Assembly (NCBI RefSeq): GCF_009914755.1
Contig: NC_060938.1
From: the human T2T-CHM13v2.0 reference genome, Homo sapiens
DNA: 64,000 nt
Strand: one strand, 5' to 3'
Positions 14,367-29,008 of the stretch are shown here, one piece after another (the first letter of the stretch is position 1; each line of letters opens with the position of its first letter). The notes beneath the pieces are model-generated. The model was not told the origin of the DNA, did not search any database, and saw only the letters and a list, made by a program, of their open reading frames with translations. The position numbers and the translations under genes were made by a program.

Positions 14367-15201
14367 TAAAACATTTTTGATCCTTTACTTGAATGTTTTG
14401 TTTTTCAGATTTAAAGAAATTTTCTCTCTCAAGCTATCTGTAGCTTACAGCAACTTGGTAAAGTATACTTTTGTGAATAAAGATGGATGCATTTGCCTTT
14501 TCTCTCCACTTGATTCCTCCAAAATTTGGAAACTATTCATAAGTATTCCTATGGCAATGTGGTTATTTGCATAAGTCCAGTGAAAATCTGCTCTCTCTTT
14601 ACAGCAGGATACAATTAGAAACATTGGCTATATTGTCAAAGCTTTGATGGAAATGTCATTTTGAGAATGTGCATGGAATGCCTGGCTTCCCAGGCATTCT
14701 GGTTTCCAGCCTTACCATGAGTAGATAAAAACGATCACTTCTTGGAATACTCAGGAACCCTAATAGTTTAAATTTTAGATTTAGATTTTAATTTAGATTT
14801 TAGTAAAATCTAAAGTCTGCCTTGGTTTGGCTTTCTAACGTCAAGAGGTTTTTAAATCTGAGATTCTTACGTGATCTATGTGGAGAGAAAAAGTTATGTT
14901 TCCAACAAAAAGCTAAAACATCTGTTATTGGGTTGTAGCGCTGCACTTTTTCAAGTTCTTGCTATCTGCCTATAGACTACACTAGACCCTGAATTTGTCT
15001 AGATTCCTCCAGTCCAACTTTCTTCCATGAAATTACTAAAAACAGTAACTTCTCTGTTTCTAAAGCCCTATAAGCTGAAACTTGACAAATTTTTAAAAAC
15101 GAGTCCTGTGCCTAATGTATATGCCACACAGAAAGTTCACCAAACTACCCAGTGCTATATCCAGAGACATTCAAACTGCAAATCAGGATGAGAAAAGTTA
15201 A

Positions 15202-15533
15202 CTTTTTCTTTTTCTTTTCTTTTTCTTTTTCTTCTTTTTTTTTTTTTTTTTTTGAGACAGTCTTGCTCTGTTCTCCAGGCTAGAGTGCAGTGGCATGATC
15301 TTGGCTCACTACGACCTCTGCCTCCCAGGTTCAAGTGATTCTCCTGTCTCAGCTTCCTGAGTAGCTGGGATTACAGGCGTGTGCTACCACACCTGGCTAA
15401 TTTTTGTATTTTTAGTAGAGATGGGGTTTCACCATTTTGGCCAGGCTTGTCTCAATCTTCTGACCTCAAGTGATCCGCCTGCCTCAGCCTCCCAAAGTGC
15501 TGGGATCACAGGTGTGAGCCACCACACCTGGCC
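15202..15533 (-). mobile_element. AluS (Sx/Sz)
   Basis: Reverse Alu with poly(T); TSD AAAAGTTAACTTTTT/AAAAGTTGACTTTTT. Confidence 0.93.
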
Positions 15534-16112
15534 AAAAAGTTGACTTTTTCATATTGTTAACAGCTTTTCCCAAGACATCAGAATAAGACTCTATATTGTA
15601 ATGAGACTCTCACCCTCTTAATGCCTACCTTTTTCATTTGACAGGATAATGGTCATTTGATTTATTCAATTGGTTACTTAGGTTCATGGCTCAAAGCCAT
15701 TATGCAAACTGGTATTGTCATACTACCATTAATTTTACTTTGTATTTTTCTTTTTAAACTTTGCATCTGTTATTGCTAAATTTTGCAGAAGTGCAATTCC
15801 TGACAGAATAATGCTGGCTTAGCGCTTTAAAATGATAACAAATGCCTATGAAACACAAAAATAAACTTAACAATGGACTCCAGGTATACTCAGCCTGAGA
15901 GCCACTCCCTTCAAACCTCTTTTGTTGCTCAAATTTTGGCTAAAAGGGTTTTAACACTGACTTCTCACTGTCATTCGCTTTCTCCAACATGGAACCGTCT
16001 AGACCAGCAACCAAGGACAGGTTTATCTCAGCACCAAAGAGTATCAAAACCTCATTACAGGATGACTTATTAGTGATGCTTTTGGAGAAAGATCTTGATC
16101 AAATGGGGAAAA

Positions 16113-16884
<772 letters not shown>

Positions 16885-17489
16885 GCAGGAATCATGTTCT
16901 TAACATCCTACATTTTCAAATATTTGGATTTATATTAGATAATAATTATATTTAGTTGCCAAATGTCCTAAAGCTCATCTCAGTGCAAGGACTTGGTGTC
17001 TTTTGGAGTTAACTGGTTCAGCGTTCAATGCATTGGTCAATATCCCACATTAGAACACTCCATGGCACCATTTTCTTTTCTTTGGTGGGAAAGGATATGA
17101 GAGTGGAACACATACTCACACATGCAATTAACTAGTAATAGCATAGGCCTGCCAAGGGGCATGACACCTGAATTTGGCAGGAAAGTTGTTGAGCAGTAGC
17201 TAATCTCTTCTTAAATTGGTGATTGGTTCATAGGCTTTGACTATGGCCTAAAGGTGATCCCAGTGACAGGAGTTATTCTTAAGGTTGGATAGGTCCTTGG
17301 GTGTCTGGGCAGCTGTTGCTCTCTCTGCTCTTAAAGGCAGGCTATCCTTCCCTTTCTCCTCCTCCCAGGACAAACCCATGACGTCTCCCTGCCCTCTTTC
17401 CAGACTTCACTTGGTTGAATTATCAAGAGCCCACATCACCTCCTCTGGAAGTGATTACTTCTGAGAGAAAGCTTTCCTTGCTTGTCTGT

Positions 17490-17583
17490 CCTTTCAACCA
17501 CACTCTGTATCTTCAGCATCTAGCCCAGTACATAGTCTAAAAACAGATGCTCAATAAATGTCTGCTGAACTAACAAATGAATA
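17490..17583 (+). mobile_element. L2 3' end fragment
   Basis: GCTCAATAAATGTCTGCTGAACTAACAAATGAAT resembles the L2 terminus. Confidence 0.65.
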
Positions 17584-19922
17584 CCACTCATTTGAACCTC
17601 ATCTACTGCTTTGTCTTGTTCATTTCCCCCAATTTTTTTTCTGAATTTGACTACAAATGCATTAAGGATAAGATGTTAAAATTTGTTGCTTTCCTAAAGA
17701 GTCCATATTTGCAGTTTTGGTTAGCCATTATATGTTTGTGAGTTCCTTGAATCCTTCTCCAAAGCACAAATCTTTTGCTTAAGAGAGGTCATTTTTAGGA
17801 GAACCCAGTCTTATATTACATCATAATGAATTGTGTGTAGGGCCTAGAGAGAAGAAAGACATATGAAGAGATGCCTTGGATGGGCCTCAGATCCATTAAC
17901 TCATTTTTTCATTTCATTTTCATACTAACCTCACTGGATTAGTAAGGTTGGTGGCACTAATCCACTAGGTTGGTTGATTATCTTTAAAGCCCATGTTCAT
18001 AACATCTATGTCACTCCTAGGAGTTCAATTATGAGTAGATGAAATATGGTGAATTCAAATTTAATCCATGTTGAATACTGAACCCTCAAGCACCTATAGA
18101 AGCAGGAGGATATCTATGTGCAGGCAGAGGCCGCATAGGACTTAATCAAATCCTAGCTGGTCTTATCTTAATTGGGCCTCCCCAACCCGTTGTCCACATT
18201 CTGAGCTGCTTTTGAGATTGGGCAATTAGTATTTACCCTAGTGTGAATTAGAAAAGAGTCCTGTCTGGGCAAAGTACTAGGGATGCACAGCTTGTTGACT
18301 GGGTGGCACTGTTGTTCAAATTAGGAAAAGCATCTCCTCTGGGTGGACAGCTGAGAAGATTTGAGTCTGAGCAGGATTCCAGGCTCCCCCTCCATTTTCT
18401 GGGCTCCCTCTCCATTTCCGACAGTCCTGATGACTCTGCTCTCTACCTTCTCAAATCCTTGGGGTCTCAGCCATTCATATTTGCAGTAAGCCATCCCTCT
18501 ACAGGAACCTGTAAACCACCACTGGCCCTAATCCTTATCTCTATAAAGATCCCATATACAGAGTTACTGTCTTCTCATAGTCCGTGCATATGGAAAAGAT
18601 AAGAGTCCTTTCCAGGTTTTTAATTTACTTTGGCCCCATTTAAATTAATCACTCAAATGTTATGAGACACACAAGGTAATTGGCACATGCAAGCCCTTGG
18701 GATTACCATCACATCTTCTCACAGTCACCTGAAAACATATTTCAGTTTATATGAATGTGGTCCCTAAAACAAAAATAAGAGGTTTAGAGTGGTTTTCTCT
18801 TTCCCAACCCTTCTTGCTGCATTCAGTCTGTACAACTATCACTATTCTTATCCCTGCAGAGCCAGCGAGATGATTATTCTCTGATAAGAAGCAGTTGTAC
18901 CTCTGTCTGACAGGAGAGCCATGTGAGGGGGAAAAAGAGAGGGTGTGTGGTAGCTGTGAACTGCTGGCCTTCCCTTCTGTTGCCTTCCCCACCCATAACC
19001 TGAACTCTCCTTTCCCCTCTACTCTTCTCCCTGTCAAATACTAACAAGGCAGATTTCAGCTTCTTAGAGTAGAAGGTATCTTGGCTGTGCCCAGATAAGA
19101 TGGATGAGCATCAGCATTGACTGTGAGTTTGAGTTCCTGTAGGGCCTTGAGCTTCTTTTGATGGAATATAATTCCACTCAGTCATCTTCCAGCCTCTCCA
19201 GGAAATTCATCCTGTCCTAGCTTTTACTGGAGCAGAGACCTTTTGTGTTTCCTGCTTCCACCCCATGCCCAAATTAGTGGTTCAGGCCCCTGGATGAAAA
19301 CTCACAACCTTGCGAACCCTGCTGTCCTAATCTTCAGTCCCAACCTCAGGACAGAACTCATGAAGATTGGGCCTGAGGCTTCCACAGTGTCAGCAATGGT
19401 GATGTGGAAAGGGGAGCCCTGAGATTCACAGCGGGTTGTCCAGGCTTTTTTCCTCTTCATAAGTACAACATAATGAAATAAAGTATCTCCAAGGGAGAAG
19501 CCATAAATACTTGGGGCCCAGATTCTCGTTGGGGCTGGGATTCCTGGAGTATCTCACTTTAGTAGGGTAACCACCAGTCTGAAGTTTTCCTTTAGCTTGG
19601 CATGTTCATATCTTCACTGTCATCTTATTCATGAGTGATCAGACCACTGGAAAATGCCTCCAGCTTATAACCTTATTGAAACAGATTTGTGTCAGGACAT
19701 TCTATTCCCATAAATTTATCAACTGAAGGGTTAATGATGTCATGTCAGCCAGTCAGAGCCTCTTTCCCCAGGAGAGTAATCTGACTGGAGAACACAATTC
19801 TTATCAAAAATTTGCTTGGAAAATATGGGTTCAGTAAATAGAACTGTACTATTTTAGGAGACACTTTGTTCAAGTCGATAACCAATTTGTCGTTCATTTC
19901 AACTAAGATTCTCTAAGGAGAC

Positions 19923-20344
19923 TGTGTTAGTCCATTTTGCACTGTTATAAAGGAATACTTGAGACTGGGTAATTTATAAAGAAAAAAGATTTATTTGGCT
20001 CACAGTTCTGCAGGCTGTACAAGCATGGCACCAGCATCTGCTCAGCTCCTGGTGAGGTCCCAGGAAGCTTTTATTCATGGTGAAAGGCAAGGAGGAAGCA
20101 GGGATGTGACATGGTGAAAGAGGGAACAAGAGAGAAAGAAGGAGGTGCTAGCCTCCTTTAAACAACCAGCTCTTGCATGAACTAATAGAGTGAGAACTCG
20201 CTTATCTCCAAGGGCATGGCACCAAGCCAATAGTGAGGGATCCACCCACCATGACCCAAACACCTCCCACCAGGCCCCACCTCCAAGATTAGGGATCACA
20301 TTTCAACATGGTATTCGGAGGGGACAAATATCTAGACTATATCA
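19923..20344 (-). mobile_element. MSTB-like MaLR solo LTR
   Basis: TGTGTTAGTCCATTTTGC...GGGTAATTTATAAAG...GGGGACAAATATCTAGACTATATCA. Confidence 0.88.
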
Positions 20345-20934
20345 GGCACCAAGTATTTGCATTGTCTTTCTCCTTACAGCTTGCTTAAGAATCTTTTGCA
20401 TTTTTTACTGTGAACCATGTCCTGCAACAACACTTTGTAACTTGTGATGACTTTCAAGTTTGTGTATAAAACTTTGGATTGCACTGAGATTTACCAGGTC
20501 GTGGTGATATGTAGAATGACCCCTTAATCTTCACAGGAAGGTAATTCAGTTTATTCCACATTACACATTTTTCTACTAGACTGTTAACACTTTTCATTTG
20601 CCTCTACTTCCACACACTAAAGGATTTAGTCTTTTTATCATATATGTTGCAAAAAATATTTCTCAATTTGTCTTGCCATTTACCAACTACAAGTTTTAAA
20701 TTTTTTCATAATAAAATTGATCATTCTTTTGTGGCTTGGAAAATTAGATTGTCAGTCTTAAAAGAGTATTGATTAAAATGCCTGAAATGAAGGGAGAAAA
20801 GGGAAGTTGAGGCAGTTGCTCCTCAAGGGCTGAACAAATTACAATAAATACAGAGATTATATATATATATACACATTTTACCTATGTATCTCTTATCTAC
20901 CTTATAATCCACCCATTCATCTATCTACCACGGT

Positions 20935-21410
20935 ACTAATAGAATGTGCCTTGAAGGTCTACAATAACAGGGAATGTAATTAAGCAGAGGCTCCGACTGC
21001 TGCACTCTGAAATCCACCTGGGCATTTCCTGGGGATCTATGCCCTCCCTCTGCCCCACTCTCCCACCCCACCTACTTCCTGGCTACTCCTAGCCAATGAC
21101 TGATCACAGCAGGAACACTAAGGCAGGCTTATTCCTGGGAGATGCAGAGCTCCTCTGACAGCAGACTTGGGCCTGAGGACTCCTAGCAGCCTTGCTGAAC
21201 TTTCCTAGACTGTACAGCAGTATAGAACAATTCCACCTAGCTTTCCTTTTCTCTCTTTTTTTATTCAGAGTCAAACATACATGGCAGTCTGATGCTCTCC
21301 CAGCACTCTGGATCCTTCCTCATTTTCTCTTACAAGTATTTGTCCTAATAAGGTCCTTGCACCCTTAATCTTATTTTGGTATCTGCTTCGTAGAAGACTC
21401 TGGCTAACAT
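20935..21410 (+). mobile_element. LTR16A-like ERVL LTR
   Basis: AGCCAATGACTGATCACAGCAGG...TTCCTGGGAGATGC...GTATCTGCTTCGTAGAAGAC...CTAACA. Confidence 0.7.
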
Positions 21411-21429
21411 ATTACGATGCTCTCTCATT

Positions 21430-22500
21430 TCTTAATTGTGTGGCAGCTGCCTAGCTCCTCATGGTAATTTGAGGTCAATTTCCTCTCTTATGTCGTGATT
21501 CCTTTCTTTTCCTATTGACCCATTGCCATGAGGAGCCCAGAATGATGAGGTGGTACTCACAGCTTTGAGTACAGAGGACCCTTACTGACTCCTCCTGTGA
21601 AAGTGTCCCCCTGGTGCCACTGTCCAGGAGCTAGCACTTCTGATTCAGCAGTGCCTGAGGTTATGGGATCAGGAAGTGTGCAGTCCACAGTGGGTCAATG
21701 GGCTTGATCATAAGAGAGGCTGCTACTACTTCTACTCATCAGTTTGCAGATCCATGTATTCTAGATATTGGTGTATATCATATATATACCATATATAATG
21801 AGTGTACATACTGACTGAGGACAGTTCCAATCCTACAGTGTCTTATCCACAGCTAGTGACTTAGATTAGCCTTTGAAGGCCTTTCCATTGTTCTAGCAGA
21901 TGGAAGGCTTCCAGTGTATGGTAGGACCAGTGGATCCTATGGTAATATCTCTGTGACCATACCTCTTTTGCCATTAAATGAGTCCCTTGATTTGAAGCAA
22001 TGTTGTGCAGAATCTAGTGCTGACAATTCAGTCATTCTGTAAACCCTAAGATAGCAGTGCTGGAAGAACCATGAAAGTAAGAAGGCAGAACATATTAAGG
22101 AAGGAGAAATCACTGCCTCCTCCAGGGTAGGAGTCCAGTGCAATCAACCTGTGCCCAGGAGGCTGGCTGCTCTCCTTGAAGAATGGTTTTATACTGAGGG
22201 TATACAGGGCCAGTCTCTGCTTCTGGGAAGTTGGGAATTCAGTAGTGCAGATAGCTAGATCAGTGTTAATGAAAGGGAGTACATGCTGTTGGGTTCATGC
22301 ACAGCCTCCATCCCTGGCTATCACTGGCCATTGCATGAGCACTTGAGTAATCAAAGGGAGTTGTTCTGTTTATTTTGTTTCTGCATGCCTTCTCTATGGT
22401 GGTTGCTCTCTTGTGGGCACTGATGTAGACACAAACATCTGCACAATTTGTCCCCACTGCCACAGATCCACCCACCTGTGTTTTTCCCAGATCTCCTACT
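21430..22500 (-). mobile_element. Old ERVL internal fragment (ERV3-16A3/HERV16-like integrase-dUTPase region)
   Basis: Degenerate similarity to ERVL pol 3' region, e.g. GGCCTTTCCATTGTTCTA, ATCCATGTATTCTAG, TCAAAGGGAGTTGTTCTG. Confidence 0.6.
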
Positions 22501-22539
22501 CTCTGACCAATTGGGGGGTGGGGTGTCACACACTTTTAA

Positions 22540-22709
22540 ACAACCAGAACTCAAAGCAAGAATTCACTCATTATCGTAAGGAGGGCACAAAGCCATTGAT
22601 GAGGGATCTGTCTCCATGACCCGAACACCTTTCATTCAGGCCCCACAACTAACATTGGGGATTACATTTCAACATGAGATCTGAAAAGGACAAACATCTA
22701 AACCATATG
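22540..22709 (-). mobile_element. MST MaLR LTR fragment
   Basis: ATTACATTTCAACATGAGATCTG...GGACAAACATCTAAACCATAT, homologous to 20190-20344. Confidence 0.8.
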
Positions 22710-23244
22710 TCTTGTATGGTGAATTAGGGTTGTAGGTTTTTTGTAGCGACATGGGGCCGTAGGTTCAGGCCATAGCCATTTGGTTACCAAAAGCAGATGG
22801 CCATGGATTTTTTGTATGAGTCATCAGGGAGGCTCTGGGCCCTGCAAAGGGCTGCCCCAGGAAGGACTTAGACATGGAAAAGAGGAAGCTCCTGCCCTTT
22901 CTGGACCTCACTCTGTTGGATCTGGGCTTTGAAGAGTCTATTTATGCTTGAGGGCACTACCAAGCTGCAAGGGAAAGATAGACTATGCCACATGAGAATT
23001 ATGTGTGTGTCAGAGTCACATTTGAGACTTCTAGGCAGTCTGAGATTTGAGAAGGAAATAGATGCTGGCTGAATTATTGAGCCATGACATCTGCCCAGGC
23101 TTAATTTACCCTAAGGATTCTGCTAATAGCATCCATAAGACACTTTACTAATACACAAGGGGTCACAGGACTTTGATAGTATCCTGTGTGCCTTCCACCC
23201 TTGACATAAGTATTTGGTTTAATTTGCTTATACCAGATTGTCTT

Positions 23245-23700
23245 TGTCAATTAGACATCATCCCTACCCTTTCTGCATTCTCCTCTGCATTGCAGGGAGG
23301 TCTGGAACATCATTTCCCAGTGTCACTTTCCTGTATGGCCTTGGGTTAGAGTCTGCCAATTAAAGGCACTCACGAGGCATTTGGAAAGCAGAAGAGAAGT
23401 CAGTATCCCTGTTGTCAGCTGTGAACAGATGCTTGGACATATGACAGGCATACGATTTGCTCCAACTTCTGGGCAACCTCCTGAGAATCACCTGCTTTGG
23501 TATTGTAGACAGCTGGGGTTATTTTTAGCAGCTTTACTGGAATCCAGCCCTTCTTAATTTCATGAAGGTAGCAGCAGTTTCCATATTGCTTCCCCAACCC
23601 CTCTAATCATTGTGTAAGCTTCTGATTTCCTATTTTAAAACCCTTTCTCCTTGCAATGCAGATGTGCTTCTCTTTCACTGAGAGAACCCTGACTGATAGA
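23245..23700 (+). mobile_element. Old ERVL LTR (LTR41/LTR33-like)
   Basis: CATTTCCCAG...GGTTAGAGTCTGCCAAT...TTTGGAAAGCAGAAGAG; ends AACCCTGACTGATA. Confidence 0.6.
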
Positions 23701-24277
23701 ACAGTGCTGCAGCCTCCCATCTCCCGTCACTTCATGATGATCATAGTGGTGGTTGGGGGCAACCTTTAGGAGTAAGAACTCCTAGCAAATGTTTCAGTAT
23801 AGCAGAGCAGGCAGCTTCTAGATAATTCCTCCATCTCTGTGACCAGAGACCCCTTCTGTACAATAGCGGTCACCCCTGGTGGTGCAGAACAAATAGGATT
23901 AGATTTTATTTCTCCTCTTGTGGCCTTCCATTGGCTAGAGTTCAGCATGACTAAGGTACTTCACTTAAGAGGACCTAGCTGGCTAATGCATGATCTGGCT
24001 GCAGTCTAAGATATTTGCAGTGAATTATGCAGAATTAAAGGGATAGATATCCACTCTTAGACTCTAAGCCATACGGGGAGTGCTTCCTCAAGCAAACAGA
24101 TATGAGTGTATGTGTCACACAAGGAATTTGTCCATTATCACAGATCTCATATTTCCTTTGTTTTTAACACAAATATGCCCTTAGGGAAGTTGATTGTCAG
24201 GGATAGAGGAAACTAAGGATGACGTGGGGATGTGGATGTCTCAGTGTATGCCAGCCTTGTTATATGATGAGGACCAC

Positions 24278-24950
24278 TGCAGCAGACACTGCTGGTGCCC
24301 CAACTATTTTCCCTTTCTGCATTCGACATTCCCACAGACAGCAGCTGAAGGTAAGTACCTGTGGCTATGCTCGAGGGCTTTGGCTGGCCAAAGGACATTC
24401 AGCTTGGGAGCAGGGGAGGCCAGAAATGCCAGGGGATTGGCCTGGCATTTCTCATATCTCAACTAATCATATGCTCAACTAATGATTGGAGCAGGTAGAT
24501 AAATAATCCCATCGTCTTTGCCCACCACTGGGACAAATCTGGGGCCTGCTTTGTCTCTGAGTCAAATTCCATGAAAGTTTCTCTGGGGAGACTGAGCCCC
24601 AGTAGCTAGGGTTGCCAGATTTAGCAAACAAAAATACAGGACACCCACTCAAATGTGAAGTTCAGATGAATGATGAATAATGTTTAGTATAATTATGTCC
24701 ATCGTAATACTCAGGACATACACATATTAAAAAATTATTTGATGTTTGTTTGAAATACGAATTTAACCAGGAGTCCTGTATTTTATCTGCCAAACCTACC
24801 AGGAGTCCAAAGCAGTCACTTGCTCATTAGAGCTCCCTGTACTGGCTTCCTGCCCTTCTGTGTTCCACGTGCCCCAGCTCCTTGCTGGAGCTTCCTGGGG
24901 TTGCCTCTGAAATAGACTGCTTGCCCTCCATCTCACTCTTAAGAGTCTGA
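24278..24950 (+). mobile_element. LTR16C/E-like ERVL LTR, interrupted by MER53
   Basis: Starts TGCAGCAGACACTGCTGGTGCCC; contains GAGCCCCAG and GCTTCCTGCCCTTC motifs. Confidence 0.7.
24607..24798 (+). mobile_element. MER53 palindromic hAT MITE
   Basis: TAGGGTTGCCAGAT...ATCTGCCAAACCTA, ~190 bp self-complementary; 8-bp TSD CCAGTAGC/CCAGGAGT. Confidence 0.88.
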
Positions 24951-25129
24951 TCAAACAGCTCCTCTCAACTACTGCTGTGGCACTGGGAGGTCCTCAGAAA
25001 CGAAAGCCCTGAGGATGCCTTGAATTGACTACGGATAACTTTCTGGAAGCTATCAGAACAGTGGCTCAAAATAAAACTTAAGCTTCGTTACAAGAGAATA
25101 AAGCTACATTTCTCGAACAGCTGAGTTTG

Positions 25130-25333
25130 TTGCCTGAGCTTTGTACGTGCAGTCCATGTCTTAAATCTTCACAAAGACGCTGTGGGCTAGGGACTATTAT
25201 TCCACACGTAACCATGGCCATTTCAGGATGCCAAGTGATTTCCCCAAAGTCATAGCTAGTAAGTGGCAGAGCCAGGATTCAAACCCAGACCGTCTGCCTC
25301 CAGAGCCTGTGGTCTCATCCACATGATACACTG
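25130..25333 (-). mobile_element. MIR
   Basis: AAGTCATAGCTAGTAAGTGGCAGAGCCAGGATTCAAACCCAG core. Confidence 0.85.
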
Positions 25334-25499
25334 GGAGCCATGTGGGGAAAAATTAGGTTTTAGTTGTGCCAACAAAAGATGGTTAGGGTCTAGGCTAAAG
25401 CAGTGGCAGCAGGGATCCAGGGGAGGTTGCTCTGATTGCACCTGTGGGTTCTGGTGGCTGGTTGGTTGTGAGAGTCGTGAGAGCACCCCCTCAGTTTTA

Positions 25500-26630
25500 T
25501 CTCTTGCCATATACCCTGCCCCATATTCCAGCAGCACTGGCCTTCTTTCTGGTTCTCATAAATATTCATATCTACACCCAAGACAGGAGTATGCTTTTCC
25601 TTGTGCCTAGAAGTCTGTTTCTGGCCCTCTTCCTTGTCTATCTCACACTCATCTTTCAAGCCTTGGCTTATTTTTTTTATTGTGGTACAATATACATGGC
25701 ATAAAATTTACTCACCATTGTAACCATTTGTAAGTGTTCAGTTCAGAGGCATTAAGTACATTCACACGGTTGTGCAACTGTCACCACTATCCATCTCCAG
25801 AATATTTTCATCTCGTCAAACTGAAACTCTAAACCCATTAAACAGTAACTCTCCATTCTCTCCTCCTCCAAGCCTATTGCAACCACCATTCTACTTTGTC
25901 TCTATGAATTTGACCACTCTAACTACTTCATAAAATGGACTCATACAGTATTTCTCATTTTGTGACTGGCTTAGTTCACTTAGCATAATGTCCTCAATGT
26001 TCATCCATGTTATAGTATATTGCAGAATTCCCTTCCTTCCTTTTTAAGGCTGATTAATATTCCATTGTATGTACGTATCACATTTGGCCTATCCATTCAT
26101 CCATTCACAGACTGGGGTGCTCCCACATTTTAGCTACTACAAAAAATGCTGCTGTCAACATGGGTGTACATGTCTCTTTGAGTCCCTGCTTTCAAGTCTT
26201 TGGGATATACACCCAGAAATGAAATTGTTGGATCGTATGGTAATTCTGTTTTTAGCTTTTTGTGGAAATGCCATACTGTTTTCCACGGTGGCTGCACCAT
26301 TTTACATTCCCACAAGAATTCCATTGTCTCCATATTCTCAGCACCTCGGCTTATTTGTAGTTTTTTCAAGGAAGCCTCTTCTGACCCTTTTTACTAAGCT
26401 TACTCCCGCCCTGCTCCTCGCCACATCTTCATTGAGCTTATCATAGTTGAAATTTAAATGTTTATTTTTATGATTTTTTGCTTAACGTTTGGCTCCCCAC
26501 TGGACTGCAAGATCTATGTGAGCAGGGACCATGGCTACCTTGATTATAGTAGCTTTGTTCCCAGTAACCAGCTCAGTGTCTAGCACATCATATGTTCTTG
26601 ATGTTTCTTCTGGATAAATGAACGAATGAT
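25500..26630 (+). mobile_element. L2 3' region split by an L1MB insertion
   Basis: CACTGGCCTTCTTTCTG (left); GACTGCAAGATCTATGTGAGCAGGGACCATG...AAATGAACGAATGA (right). Confidence 0.7.
25668..26350 (-). mobile_element. L1MB 3' end
   Basis: GGCATTAAGTACATTCACA...TGTGCAAC 3' UTR; ORF2 C-terminal remnant '[14 protein letters not shown]...ELPYDP'. Confidence 0.88.
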
Positions 26631-27124
26631 ACTTCTATTTTGGGAGAATGGGTGGAAGGTGATGGGTTCGTACGATAAAAATGCAAAGTGAGTTAAGTAG
26701 TATGGAGTGGTCATCACAATTCCCTAACTGGCTGGCTGGGTCCCTGTCCCTCCTCGGACCTGTTGTTCCAAATCCCCACCAGCTGTCTCGGTGTCTGACC
26801 TAGGATAGGACAGATGAGTTTTTATGACAACTGAAGAGAGTCTGTAGAGAATGGCTATTTTAAATGGCCTCAAAAGTACCTTCCTAGAAACAAATCTCTG
26901 GGAAGTCAAAGAGAGCAGCAACTTGGGGGTCTGTCATTCCTCCAGACACAAGGATTTTCCATCTGGTGGCCACATTCATGCTTACTAAAGAGCCCCTCAG
27001 TCTTCTAAGGACAAGAGAAGAGCAGTGTTACAGTGTATGGTCCAATTAGTCCTTAATGGTTTTTTAATTGTTATTCAGCACTCAAGACAACCCACCTGGA
27101 TTTAAATCATTTATATGTTTCTCT

Positions 27125-27235
27125 GACTATATATATTATACATTATATATTATTTTATATGTTTTAATATATTAATGTATTATATATAATATGTAAATAT
27201 TATATAATACTATATATAAAATACATAAATATGTA
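27125..27235. repeat. AT-rich (TA)n-like low complexity
   Basis: Degenerate TA repeats. Confidence 0.85.
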
Positions 27236-27279
27236 TCCCTAGTCAATCAAGTGCATCTGGCCATCAAAAAAAACTTTGA

Positions 27280-27435
27280 TGCTGGAAGAGGTCTTGGAGA
27301 CCATCTTGTTCAACCTGTAAATTTTCCAGGTTAAATCTCCAGGCTCAGTGAGATGAATTTTGTCCATAGTCCCTGTAATTTAGGAGCAGAGGAAGAACCT
27401 TGATTCAGCTTTCTACTCTAAGTTCAAGTGGATTT
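27280..27435 (-). mobile_element. MIR/MIR3 fragment
   Basis: GCTGGAAGAGGTCTTGGAGACCATCTTGTTCAACC...AGGCTCAGTGAG. Confidence 0.65.
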
Positions 27436-27457
27436 TTTCCTGACTAGATAATGGCTA

Positions 27458-28017
27458 TGTCAAAACAAAAATTGTACCAAAGTTAAATAGGCAAAGGAGG
27501 CTTTATTCAAGGTTGTCGCAATAGGAGATAGAGGCCAGAACTCAGTCTGAACACAATTCTGCTGAAACAAAAGGAGTTTTTAAGAGATGGGGTAGGGAGG
27601 AGTATTATAGGCCATCTATGTTTGCTAACCAACTTTACCCAAACAAAAAGCAAACTTTCTCATATCTTCATGACAGGAGGTTAGTTTTACAACTTGGAGC
27701 AAGGCACCCATTGAAGTGAGGCTCCCACTCCCTCCCACTCCCCACAGAAACTGGAAGATAGGGCACTATCTCCCTTGATGCTTACATTTCAAAGAGATGG
27801 CTCCAAGGTCCTTGAGAAGGCCATTCCTGAGTTATAAAATTAGCAAGAGGCTTAAAAAAAAATACTTACCTCTCAAAGGGGCAGAGAAGGTATTTACAAT
27901 TACAGGTTTTCAAAAGTAAGTGCTCCAAGAAAAGGGAGGTCAAGGGGCTCCAGAGTCAGGAAGAAGCCTGTCCAAAATTTAGTGAAGCTGAGGGGAATGT
28001 TAAGGCCATCTTGGTCA
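27458..28017 (-). mobile_element. MER67/MER31-like ERV1 solo LTR
   Basis: TG...CA termini; minus strand starts TGACCAAGATGGCCTTAAC; AATAAA on minus near its 3' end; 4-bp flanks GCTA/GATA. Confidence 0.75.
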
Positions 28018-28886
28018 GATACCACAATATCTACAACTTATTCTCATTCCGAGATTGTCCCTTTTCCAGAACTTTCAACTCAGCTATAAACTGGCATATT
28101 TTTCCAAGTTTCCAGTGGTTCACTTTAAATCACTACCAATGAATGACAGTGGCATGGCACAGACTGTCCTTCAGTGATGACTCTTCCACATCCCTGCCAA
28201 TGTCACCTTCCATATGGATTCCCTCCTTTCCCCTTCCTCTCTCACTTCCTTCACCATTCATTCCTTTTCAAAAATTAACTTTCCAAATGAAAATCGTCAC
28301 TGTTTCCCACCCCCTAACACATTTTGAGTCCGTTATATAAGCAAAACCAAGCCTATCCAGGTGGAGAGAATATTTTCTGACCCCAGAAGGTTCACGTCCC
28401 CACCAAGGGGCAGTGGGTGGGAACTGCTGAGATGGAATTGTGGTACCATCATGGCAGCCTGTTCTGGTCTTGCAATCCAACCCAGCAACCCACTCTGCCC
28501 AAGTCAGAGACAGTGCCTTGATAAATATGCTTGATTGTTCCCTGTTTTCTCATGTTGGCATCTTTCTGTTCATTATTATTATAAACCAGTTTAAATCCCT
28601 GTGCAAATATCTTGTTTAATTTTATTAATCCATTCAAAAGAGATTAGTTGAGGTTTTTTCCCTGAAATTTCCAAATTCTTTCACTGAAGTCTAATCCACA
28701 ATAGATGCTAAATAAATATTGGCTTAATGAGTGATCGAAGGTCATTGTTTATAAAAAATTGTTTCTTAATATTTGTATTCCTACATGATTAAGAATCTGC
28801 CAGTTAGTCACTAAACAAGACTTGTGTAAGTATCAGAAAGAAAGAAGGTAAATTGCATCAAGTTCTGTGCAATGTTTTCACTTAAG

Positions 28887-28975
28887 CAGTGTTTTCCAAC
28901 TTTTCCTTTCCTCCTTCTCCTACCTCTTCCTTTACTTCAACCAATAGAAAGAAGTACATTTTCTATTGCAATCTG

Positions 28976-29008
<33 letters not shown>

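Noticed and set aside
20935-22500. LTR16A plus adjacent internal sequence as one provirus
   Set aside because: Orientations appear opposite and no PBS follows the LTR; treated as separate fragments.
24607-24798. Long hairpin as a candidate miRNA
   Set aside because: Self-complementarity is intrinsic to MER53; there is no expression evidence from sequence alone.
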